Assembly: GCA_905178155.1 (NCBI GenBank)
Contig: CAJINV010000011.1
Coordinates: 1,819,216 to 1,883,215 of the forward strand
Length of the DNA: 64,000 bases
Direction: 5' to 3'
Origin: Amoebophrya sp. A120
Taxonomy: Eukaryota; Protista; Dinoflagellata
A program made the translations under genes and the position numbers. The notes under the pieces were generated by a model. The model worked only from the letters and a program-made list of their open reading frames with translations. It was not told the DNA's origin and did no database searches. Of the stretch, positions 1 through 12,100 are shown piece by piece (position 1 is the first letter of the stretch; each line of letters begins with the position of its first letter).

Positions 1-153
1 AGGATGAGCAGATGAATCTGTGACGCGGCTGTACTTGCTAACCTGCACTACACTGCATAGTCCAACTTGTCATGCGTGACTCACAAAACTCCTAGGTTTG
101 TGTTGCAAAATCCCCATCCTGACTCTGGTGTGGGTACGTTTTTACTCAGGATA
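1..153. mobile_element. Introner, partial (only the right TIR is in the window), in dynein gene
   Basis: Ends ...gactctggtgtgggtacgtttttactcaggata, nearly identical to the right end of the 6659-6927 element. It interrupts the reading frame at NSGDV. Confidence 0.8.
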
Positions 154-3100
154 GTACATCCCCCGAGTTCAACACCGAGTTAATCACCTCGACAAACTGC
201 TCGTTCACGATCTGCGTGTCCGTGAAGAGAAACACTTGCGTTTTCCCCTCCACGCCAGACCGCTTCAAAACCGTCTTGATATCGTCCCGGAACTCCACCA
301 TCCCGTACCCCTTTGCGACTTCAATCTGGTAGCATCCGTTGTCGTTTGCGAAAGCCGCTAATCTCGCAGACGACTGCCTTCCGGACCCGCCGACCCCGAG
401 CAGCAGCATGTTCCCCTGCGGTTGGTTTAACGTGCGGTTGATCCGCGCGACGTGCTCGGCGAAATCGAGGAAAATCACCAACGGCATGGGTGTGGGGAAC
501 TGGTTGTTGTAATCGTCCAAGTAATCCTCAAGAACTTCCACCATCTTCGTCAAGTCCTGAATCTCTTCGTAACTTCTGCTGTCCAAGGGTTCCATGAATT
601 CCGCGAAGATTAGCCTCTCGTTGTGGAACACCTCGGCGACGTCGAATGGGGCGAAGTTGGTCTTGATCTTCTCCTCTAATAAGTTCTGCAGCCACGTCCT
701 GTCCCCAGCGTCGATCAAGCGATCGCCGAACACCCGGGACACCTCGTGGCACCAACAGCGAAGAAGCACGATCGGGCCCTCGACTTTTTTCGGCAGGAGG
801 GCGCACACGCCCATAAACACTTTCCAGATGTCGCGGAGGTTGAAGAGGTAGTGGGCGCGGGCCGGGGTGGGCAGAAGATCGAGCAGAACCTGATGAACAA
901 TGAGAATGGTTGAAATCGAAAGTTGCTATGCGGATTCGCATAGAAGACGAGGAATTGGAAAAATGCTTTGTCATGCAAGAAGACAGCTACAGACGGTCTA
1001 CTTGAAAATCAGTTTCGCATTTTCTTTTTACCTTGTTAAACACTTCTTTCTGCGCCTCGACCAGTTTCGGTACAAGTGCCTTGACGTCTTCCGGAAACGG
1101 GTCGAAGAATTTGTTTGCGATCGTCGTAAACATCGTCGTAATCGCCGCCCCCGTGAAATCGCTGTACCCCAAAACGTTGAAGTGGCGCTTCAGACGCTCC
1201 GTGATGAACGTTCGGCCGCCTCCTGGGGTTCCCATGCTGCCCGCAACCAACATGTCAATGATTTGGAAGTAGGCAAGCTCTTTTCGGTTGTACCTGGTTG
1301 TATTCGAGTTCTACCGACTTTTGCATCACAAATTCGCTTCTCGCACAACAAAACAGCCGGCACATCGCATTCAAGCATCTTCACAGATCTCGCTGTTCTT
1401 CAAATAAACTTCGCATCACAAATTCGGATTCAGACATACTTTTACTTGCAATGCATGAAGGGATGAACTACTCACTACCATCCTTCGTGGTCAAACCACT
1501 GCCGGAGCAGCTCGATCGGCGGCTGCGCTCCGTAGAATTCCTTCTGTGGCATGTTCAGATCGTCCGTGAACAACACCATCTTCTTGCCCGCCGGCGGGCC
1601 GTAGACCCCCCTTCGCCGTTTCTCCAACTTGCTGTCGATGAAGTCCTGCACTTGGTTGACCTGCGTCTGCGCGGAGAACGCGAGATTGGTGGTCAGGAAG
1701 TTACCCGGGGCGTACTTCTGGAGGTATAAAGACAGATTCACCGTCTTCCCCGTCCCCGTGGGTCCGCAGCACAGCACGTGGCTGTCGTTTTCCAAAAGGA
1801 TATGGAGCTCTCAACTGTTACATTCTCAACTGTTACATGAAATTTGTAATGCAAGAATGGCAAAAGTGAAAGGGAAAAGCTTGCTCCTTTTGCATTACAG
1901 GTTTGGAGCAGATTACAATGCTATCTAGCGTGTCGAGAACTTGTCATGCGGAGAAGGTTTGAAATTGTGAAAAGTGATAGCGTTTTTGCATGACAAATCA
2001 TGTAACAGTTGAGAATGTAACGTTTGAGAGCCCCATAAAGGATTTTAAACGCGTACGTCATCCGGATGGAATCCAACGAGGGGACGACAATGTTTTCGTA
2101 CTTCGCGGTTCGCGGGACCTCAAACGCCGGGATGGTGTCCATCCACGGGACCCACTTCCCCGTCGTGATGTCGAACATGTAATCGTAGAGGTTGGCGCCC
2201 TCTTCCGGAATCCCGTCGAGTTTGAAGTCCATATGCCTCGTTGGGTATTTATGCATTGCAAATATGTCTGGGTCTGGAAAGCGCCAGGTTTGCCATGCAT
2301 GTTTTGCATGACCCATAATGCCTGTAATGCATGGCCTAGCGTCACAGATTTTTAGCAGGCTTCCTGATGCCTGTTCCGCATGACAAATGCCCTCCCCGCG
2401 TAGCACAAACTGGACTCCTCTTGTTGGTCATGCAATACAGATTTTTTTGGAATCCAAAGTTAGCATCACAAGTTCCAACTTTCCACACGCAGACCCGGAC
2501 AGTTTTGCACTTCATAGTACTCCCAGGTCGGGTCGTTGTGCGCGGCGTGCTTCGCGGCCCACTTCTCGTCCTTGCTATGAAAGTGCACAACTCCCCCTCC
2601 CCCTCATTTGGATGGCATCCGCGGCAACACAAGTCCTGGCACAGATGGAGCTTTTGCACGACAAATTTACGACTGATTGTAGTGCTGTTTGGGCTTCCGA
2701 AATTTGTCATGCAAAAAGTGCCACAAGGCAGCGAGAGCGACTGGCTTTGGTATTTTGCATGACAAATGAGGGGGAGGGGGAGTTGTGCACTGTCATACTT
2801 GCCGATGGTGGTCCACAAGTAGTCGTTCAGCTGCTCCCGGTTGTTCGCGCCGGCGAGACTCCCGCCGACCGACCAAACAAGGCAGAAGAGAAACAAGTCC
2901 CCGAAGATCGGCTCCAGGTCCTCCACTTCCTTCTTAAAAGCGTCGATCAATTTCAGCTCGGTGGGCCAGTAGGCCGCGTAAAAGGTGTTGAGCAACCGCA
3001 TGCAGCTGCAGGCGAGGTTTTGCGCAGTCGTGGAGCAGACCTCCCCGAGGGATTTCTTGATGTAGAAAATGGTCGTGTCGAAAATGTCCGTCATGTAGGT

Positions 3101-6100
3101 CTTGAGACGCTCCTGGTAAACCGGCTTGAACTTGAGAAAGGTTTCAGGAATCGACTCCACGTAGGACTGGATCAAAGGGTCCAGGGTAAGCGACTCGGGC
3201 TCCATGTAGATCATACCGCACCGGGAAACGGTGGCCGGACTGGCGACCTCTAAATCCTCAACTTCGAACATCATGCGCATCTGCGGGGTCAGACCGATGA
3301 TCTCACCAGAGACCAGGCACAGCTTCTTGTTGTCGTCCAGGACCTGAAATTATTTGTGAATTATGGGTACTGATTCGTACTGAATTGATCTTTGATGCTC
3401 TTTGATTTGATGCACGACGAGACACTCATGATTTGCATTCCCGCGAGGAGCGCAATGATGTTGTGAGTCTCATCATCTCAACATGCAAACACATAGATAC
3501 GCAAACCAAAGGAAGTTGTGCTTTGTGTATTCAAAAAATATAATCCTTCCTAGTACCGTGTTCATCGACTCGATCCACAGTGCATCCACTGGTCCGTTAT
3601 CCCACAGAAAAAAGCTGGCAGGGCATATTTGTAATGCAAAGATAAATACACAGGAAAATCTGTCATGGGCGGCCTCATAGCATGCTATTTAGGATATCCA
3701 ATACATTTTTTTTGTCTATTTATTTTTGCATTACAAATATGACCTGCCAGTTTTTTTCTGTGTGATATCCGTCGAAGATGATCCAGTGGTGATCCGGACT
3801 CTCTGCGTCCCGAACCGCCACTATCAAAAGGAAAAATCCCCCCTCCCCATATCGAAGTGGAAATCTGTGATGCAGGATTTGGATACACAAATCGGATTTG
3901 TCTTGCAGTAAGGCATCGCAGCCAGATCCTCGGCCTAGGTCGGGGCGTATAGGTCTAGTTGCTTAGCATTGCAAACGGGTGTCCCCTAGGCGCAACAGCA
4001 CGCCAAATCGATTCCATAATGGTGCGGAAGCCTTTGCGCTTGTCTTCTTGCAAGACAGACGTGATTTGTGATCTCAAATCAGCAACGCAAATTTTCGGAA
4101 ACACACCTTTTCGATATGGGGTGGGGGGATTTTTGCATTCAATAGCCACACGGATCTGCTCACTCCCGATCCCGTCGGTCCACTCATGCGTGAGCTCGTC
4201 GAACGCCCCGTAAATTTGCGCCTGCGTGATGGATTTTGGATTGAGGATGTGCGTTTGCGTCTTCTGGTAAGGCGACTCGTCGTTCCTCTCGGGGGGGCAG
4301 AGCACCGTGCAGGCCTTCTGCAACACCCGGTAGTTGCAGGTCTTACCCCCACCGGTCGGGCCCACCAACATCATACCGTGCCGCACTTGGATCATGTCGA
4401 AGAGTTCGAACATCTTCTGGCAGAAATACGGTGTGGGCTGGAGCTTCGACTCGACCGCGCACTCGTTCAACTTCTCAGCGAGCTGCCCGTAGTCCACTTC
4501 AGGTCGGTCGGTGCCCGGGAACAGATCCAGAATGATGTTCTCGAACAGGGGTAAATCGTCCCTCAAAAATTTCGGCACGTTGACATCCCGTAGGGCCCGG
4601 AGAAGGATTTGGAACTCCTCCATGTCCGGGAAGATTCGCTTCGACCGCCCGGCCGCCTCGATCACCGTCTTCACGGCACGCATGCCGTAATCGTAGTGGT
4701 CCTGGGAGGAGAGCTGTTCGGACGCGAGCTTAAAGGTGGACACCATCTTCTTCGCCATGGCGCGACCACCGGTGAAACCGAAGGCGTAAAACATGATCTC
4801 GCCAATCAACGCGTAATCCGGCACCATCATCGCGCAGGGGCGGAAAAGAGCGGAAAGGTTGTCCGGAAGTTCCGTGCGACCGGCGTAACTGTGAAGTGAT
4901 TTTAGGTGCGAAAAATCTACAAGCATCTATTCTTGTTAGAAACCGTTTTGTTCTAAATTTTAGGCCTTATTTTGCAAGAGACAGACCGATTTGCATTTGT
5001 GATGAAATCATATTAGGCAAACAGCAACACAGTAAACAGTTGTTCATCTTACCCTGGGTTCATCGTGATAAACACGTTGAACGTCGGTCGCATCGCGATA
5101 AATGAGCCCTCGAAATCCAGTTCCAGCACTTCGCTGTAACTGTTCAGCTGCGACTTCCCGCCGAACAGAATCAGCAGCTGCTGCGCGATCACGGACAGCA
5201 CCTCAATGTAGATCCGGTTGAACTCATCGAAGCAGCACCAGGCCCCGCACACGGCCAGCCCCTTGAAGAACTTCCCGACCATGATGTAGTCCATCTCCGG
5301 ACTGCAGTTGAACACGACGCACTGCTTCGCCAACGCTTTCGCCAAATCCTTCGTCGACTCCGTCTTCCCCGTCCCGGCCGGCCCGGCGGGGGCGCCACCC
5401 AGGTTCAGGGACTGCGCGCCCATCAGCGTCATGTAGCACATATCCGTCAACGCGGTGATCACCAACCGAAACGTGTTCCCCAAATACTCGTACCCGTACG
5501 GGAAATTTGTCTGCACCATCCGGACCCAGACGTTTTCGATCCCCGTGTCGTCCTCCTCCCAGTAGTAGCGTAATTGCGAAATCCACTCGAACGCGTCCTT
5601 GCTGTCGACCTTTTCCTCGGTCAATCGCTGTACGACATCCTTCGCGTGCACGTCGATGACGACGAGAGCTCCGATACTATGAACTGCAAAAGTATCGTAC
5701 TCGTATAAATGCATTACAAATTTTCTCAGCATGAGAAATGAAATTTGTAATGCTGATTTGCCTTGACAAAGAAATTTGTAATGCAAGACCTGCATTTATA
5801 CGAGTACGATACTTTTGCACAGCATAGATACAGGTGCGCTGCAACTTCGTGATCTTCCCTCGGACCAGCATCACCAGGCCCATCAGCTGCTCGCCCAGCT
5901 TCTCTATGCATTGCAAAAGTATCGCACTAGTAGAAATTGCAATACAAATTGGCTCAGCATTACAAATTGAATTTGTAATGCGGATTTGCCTTTAGAAAAT
6001 GACCTGTAATGCATAAAGGCAGTTAGTACGAGTACGATACTTTTCTTGCCCAGGATATTCTCCCAGTAGCCCGTGACCATGTCGCCCTCAATCGCCTCTT

Positions 6101-9100
6101 CCACCTCGTTATCAACTGCAAAAATGTCTGGGTCTGGAAACTTGTGATGCTGGATGGCGTCTCATGATGAGGCCACAAGTGCTGGCTCAGCATGACAAGT
6201 TTCTGAGCTTCTAGGTGTTGCCTATTCTGCATGACAAACTGCGTTTTTGCATCACAGAAAAATGATGAAGCTGTTGGGTAACGTGCATGACAGATTTGAG
6301 AGTCATGCCAGACAAGCATGACAAACATGCATTCTTCCAGACCCAGACATTTTTACATTTGATACTCGTCGGTCCAGTGCACCTGCGAACCGTTCAACAC
6401 GCACTGCCCGGGGTGCTCGAGCACCCACTTGGTCCTTTCCGTGTCCACATACGTCTCGATACTGGTTTGCATCACCGCGCGAACTGAGTTGCACATTTCC
6501 TTTTCTAAATTCCCCATCCACTCCTCCACGTTTCGGTCCTTCGTTTTCACCTCCTGCGCACACACGATCTTCTCGCCCTCGGAAGAGAAGATCTCCAACA
6601 CCTGCATCTCCTCCCCGAATGTCACCCGCTTGATGTTCTCGAACACCTTGCACAGGAATATCCCGTGTAAAAACATTCCCACCCCAGAGCTGCATGCCAA
6701 AACAGTTTATCATGCGGAGCCCTATGAGAAGCATTCTCTCTTCGTGTTTTGAAATTTGTGATGCGAGAATCAGCGTTCTATGATAGATCTGTGATGCTGC
6801 TGACCTACCTAAAACAGGACTACACTACAAGGATCGAAACTTGTCATGCCAAACAACCAAAGCTGGTTGGTTTGTCTAGCAGGTTTCCCATCTTGACTCT
6901 GGTGTGGGGACGTTTTTAATCAGGATAAGGAACGGCTGCACCCGGGTCGGGTCTTTTGTCTGCGAGAGAATTTCCAGCAATTCGTCGTTGGAGAGGAAGT
7001 AAAATCGCGCGAACGCGTCGCGCTTCGTCTGCAGGTAGTCGTCCAGCCCCTTCTGGACGAATTCTAGGTCGTTGTTCGCGTTCCTCCACTTCTCCAACAG
7101 CCCCTCGGTCGATAGAATGTTCAACGCGCCCGGGTTCTTGTGCACCCGGCCCATCCAGTGCCGCCACAGGTGGTCCACCGCCTTGAACTTTTTCCCCTCG
7201 GTGGGTAATTGCTTCATGATATCCGGCGAATCGAAAATTGGCTGCAGATACATCCAGGCACGTTGTACCTTCAGCCACATGTCAATGCACTCGGACACGT
7301 ACAGCAGCTTCACCGCCCACTCCTCGATCTCCTCGATAAACGGTTTGTTGAACGGGGAAAATTGAATCGCCTGCGTGAGCACATTCTGCTCGTCGAGAAT
7401 GGCGTTGACCTCCTCCGAGCCCTTGAGGATGTAGGTTTCCGTGGTCCGGTAGAACTCCTTGCAATCGAACTCGATGGGCTCCCAGTCCGCCTTCATCTTC
7501 GCCAACTGCTTTTCGATCTGGAACTCCTTTCCGGACCGGTCGCCGATGTCGCTGATCTCGGTCACGGTGTTCATCAAACCTAGATCGATGAAGTTCTGCA
7601 AGGAGAAATTCTCCATTTCCGGATCTATGGTCACCCCCACCAGCTCGCTGATCTGGGTCCAGTGTCGCTCCTTCATACCCTCGTTGCGCATCGCGACAAT
7701 TAAAGGCACGTACTGTTGGAAATCGGCCAGCTCCTCCTTGATCTGTTCCGTGATCGCCAAGACCCCCTTGTAATCCTCTCCGCGAGCCGTGAACGCCTTG
7801 GTGGCTTTGAACAGCAATTTGATGCCGGTGTTGGTCCGGTCCTCGCAGTCCTTGGCCTCGATCGCGTCGAACTTGCCGGAAAAGTACGCTTTTTTCTTGT
7901 TCTGCCAGTCCGACGCCTGCTTCCACAGGATCGAAAAGGGTTCCCAGTCGCGCTGCATCACCGTCAGGTTGCCGTAGTCGTGCGGCTCCATATCCAGTGC
8001 AGATATGTCTGGGTCTGGAAAGATGCAACTTGTGATGCCGCCTTTGGATCCTACATAACATCTGTATTGCATCAACAGCAACAGAGGTGCAGTTTTTGCT
8101 ACGCGGAGAGGGCATCTCTTATGCGGTATGAGCATCAGAACAAAGCCCTCGCAGAATCTCTGGTGCTAGGGCATGCATCACAGACCTCTGGGGTCTGTCC
8201 TCGTGGGTCAATGGTCATGCAAAATCTGCATGACAAACTCCTGCATTCTTCCAGACCCAGACATATTTGCAATGCATATTCCACGCCGAAGAGTGACTCC
8301 TTCAGGTTGAACAGCTTCGAGGTCTCCTGGTTGGATTTCAAACGCTCGGAGATGCTCTCGGCAGAGTCGTTGATGGACTGGGAGTCCGACAGGTCGGTGA
8401 AGTTGACGAAATTTGCAATGTCCTCTTCCAACTCGTGCAGCGTGTTGTCGAAGTGGAATTGCTCATCCTGAATCTCGCGGAAGAAGCTCTTCATCGTGTC
8501 CGCGTGCTCTTGCTTCACCTGAAAGTAGAAGTTTGTCAACATGCGAAGAGTTTTGCAAATGTGCAGTTGCAGGCAGACCTGCTTTGCGAGCACCATGAAG
8601 GTAGGTGTATGCAAACATGAGGCTCTTCAGTAGCACCAGTTTCATTCAACCGCTGCACTACTAGCAGATGTTGAACCTCCTCCTCCTGACAGAAAGACCA
8701 TAACCAATTGCATAGATATGCATTTCGATTCATTTTCCTATTGAATTACCTCTGCAATGGTGTCCATGATATCCTTGGTTCCCTTGAAACAGCTCCATTT
8801 CAGGTCTGTGGCGTCTTGTGGCACCTTCAGCCTGAAATCTTCGACAAGGATGTCGTAAACGTCGAAAACTTTTTTTGCTTCCCCATTATGCATTGCAAAA
8901 GTATCGTACGTAGTGTAAAATGTAAATCGCATGGCAAATTTTTCAAGCAGGAAAATCAAAATATGTAATGCTGAATTAGCTATAGAAACCAGATCTGTCA
9001 TGCTGTACTGCGATTAGTACGAGTTGTACGATGCTGTTGCATTCGATACACTTCGAGCTTTAGCAATTCCCCAGGCACGGTTTCCATGTACTCCTTGATT

Positions 9101-12100
9101 TCGGCCAGTTCTTCGACGTCCTTTGGCGCTTTCTTCAACGAGAGCTTAATCTTCGTGTACTGTGCCATCAGCGTCTCGGCCATCTCACGATACCTGCACG
9201 GATTTCATTTGTGCGTACGAGTGAACAAACTCTACTTTTGATGGCGCCGAGCACGACGAGATGTTGAAGATTGATGATGTTCACGTACCGACTTCAACTT
9301 GTATAAATGCAAAAACAGATTTGAAATGAAAACACAGAAAAGCAAAGCGCAGCAGACAACTGTTATTACCTTTTATCCAGCAACTTCAGCAGCTCTCCCG
9401 CGATGCTGTTGTGCTTTTTCGCGAAGAGATTTCTGGCCTCCGAGAGCGAGATTTCGTACAAGCCTGCCGTGATGCTTTCTGGCAGGGATTCCATAATGGC
9501 GTGTTCCTTCTCCTGCTCCTCGTGTATGTGTTTTGCGATGTCCTGCACGGACGCGGGGTTTTCCTCGTCCTGCTTGCTCGCCACAATTTCTGCCACGTCC
9601 TGCTGAAGCGGCTCGAGGTACGGAGTGATCAGCTTCCTGTAATCCTCCAAACGGGCGGCACCGTACCTGGTTTTATTTTGCAGGGTCAGGGATTTTTTTC
9701 GAAAAAACTAACAAGGATATGAGTTGTACTACATCATACATAATGTGCTGAGCGGCTGTACTAGTCGACATTTCATTCCCCTTCACATTTTTTTTCTAAA
9801 TCGAGATCAACATGATCGGAAGCAATCCTAAGCTGCAATACGGTTGCATCATTTTCTCTAATCTTTTCTTGACCGCGACCACCTTCTCGTCCGACGGGTG
9901 CGTGGTCTCGATGTTTTTCGGCGGGTCCGTTTTTCGCACGAATTGCGACATCACCAGGGGTTCTGGCTGCGAGATGTCGGCCATCGTGACGAGCGCGGAG
10001 TCGATGACCTCCGTGACCATGGTCAAAAAATCCGCCCCGTTGGCGCTGTACGCCGCCTGGAACGTGTTTTGCTCCTTGTTTTCGTTTATCAAATGCAAAA
10101 GTGTCTGGGTCTGGAAGCTTCTGAGACTTGTCATGCACGTTTTGCATACGCCATGATGTCTGTGATGCATGCCGTAGCATCACAGATTGTTCGCGGGGTT
10201 CTTGATGCCTCTTTCGCATGACAAATCCAAATGCCCTATCCGCGTAGCAAAAATTAGAATTACATTCCCTTTGCTACTCATGCAATACAAATTCTTTTGG
10301 AATCCAAAGGCAGCATCACAAGTTGCATTCTTCCAGACCGAGACACTTTTGCATTTGATATCGTTCACCTTCAGCTCCATCAGGAAAATCCCCGCCACGT
10401 CGTCCCTGGAAAGCTATGCAAGGAAAAAACTGTGTAAGTGTAACTTTGTGTTGCAGAAAATGCAAAACCGTTGCACTCGTCATCCTGGACATGCATCAGA
10501 GGTAATTTCCGTGCGTGTTCTCACGTACTAGCTGCGCATGACAGGTTTTCTGTGTCATGCAGAGCAAACCTGTGATGCTATTCCCCCAAGAAACTTACAC
10601 TTACACAGTCTTTTTCCTGGATAAAAGCCCGTTCAGGATCATTTCCGGCGTCGGTGTGCGGAAAGCGACTTCCACCTCCTTCAGACTCTTGATCGTGCAC
10701 TTCGTCGGCGTGTAGTTCACGATCTTCTGCTCGTACGCCTGAATGCTGGCGCGAACCACCTCGAATATGCTGGTCTCCATGATGAAGCGAATCATGGTGA
10801 GCAGCTTCTTGATCTTGCCGTATTTGTACGTCTCAGCGTTGGTTTCCTTAATGGAATACCTGAAATTGGGAACAAAAACAAATTGCGATCATTTTGCTTG
10901 GGACTTCATACATGCACTTGACCTCTTTTAGGCACGAAACCGATGTTGAAATCTGCATACTTACACAACGGAAAGCGAAACAAGTAGGTCGCGAGCAAAC
11001 TCCTATAATACCATCCCTTCTGCACGTCTTCAAAATTGGTGACCACCACCTTTTTCAAGTCCAGCACCCACTCCTTACACCTGCTCAGCATCGCGTTTAT
11101 GCTTTGCGTCTGCAGCGTTCGGAACTGGTCGATCCGCGCGTTGCGCGGGAACTTGGTCTGGAAAATCTTCGTGCCGTAGGATTTCTCCAGCGCGAGACAG
11201 GCTTCGCGGATCTGCACCAACGTCGTTACCACTTGTGGCTTGACGTAGAGCGAGGAGAAGCAGAACTGCGCAAATAGGTTCGTGAAATTGTATGCCGGCA
11301 CGGGGTGAAGCGCGTAGAACTTCGCGGGCTTCCTAAATGCGTTCACCGACGCGTAGCTCGAGTCCACGTCGGGCGCGCCCGTTATGGCCTGCTCCTCCAT
11401 TTCGGCGAGGGGGGACAACCCCTTCGCCTCGCCGGTGACTAGTAGACACAGCCGGTTCAACACGCGACCGTAGTCGAGTTTTACCTCGTTGACCAAACTT
11501 TCCACGAAGTGATCCATGCCGTTGCTGCACAGCTCGGCGCTGGACCGCGCGTTCTTCTTCAGTCTAGCGACTTGGTCCACGTTCAGTGTGGAGATGCCGT
11601 CCGTCGGCACGTTGTCCACGTAGAAAAGAAACTTGATGTGCGAGGCCACGAGCTGTCGCTGGCGGAAGGCGTTGGCGACGCGGTCGGCGTAGGCCACCGG
11701 GTCCTCGCCGTCGAAGAAAAAATCTAAGCGGGACAGGAAGCACGGCGTCTCGTCGTCGTACCACAGTCCGTAGAAGTAATTCGTGTCGTCCCCTTCGTAC
11801 TGGTAGATCACGCACGCCTCAAACGACCCGTCCGCCTCGCCGCCGACGCGCAGACCCTTGGCCTTCAGCCCGGTGCGCTTCTTGCTGCCCTTCGGCGGCT
11901 TGGGAATCAGCGTCATCCACTCGCGCGGCTTGCGGACGTCGTACTCCGTGTCGTTATGCACTGCAAAAGCATCGCACTCGTATTGCAATTTATGCACTAT
12001 CTTTTTCTTACGGTAAATCAGCATTACAAATTCTACTTGTTGTTGTTTTCTCATACTGAGGAAATTTGTCATTGTCATGCATTTGTACGAGTACGATACT

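Noticed and set aside
2387-8471. Long plus-strand and alternate-frame ORFs overlapping dynein exons
   Set aside because: These are shadows of GC-rich codon usage, with no recognisable protein motifs.
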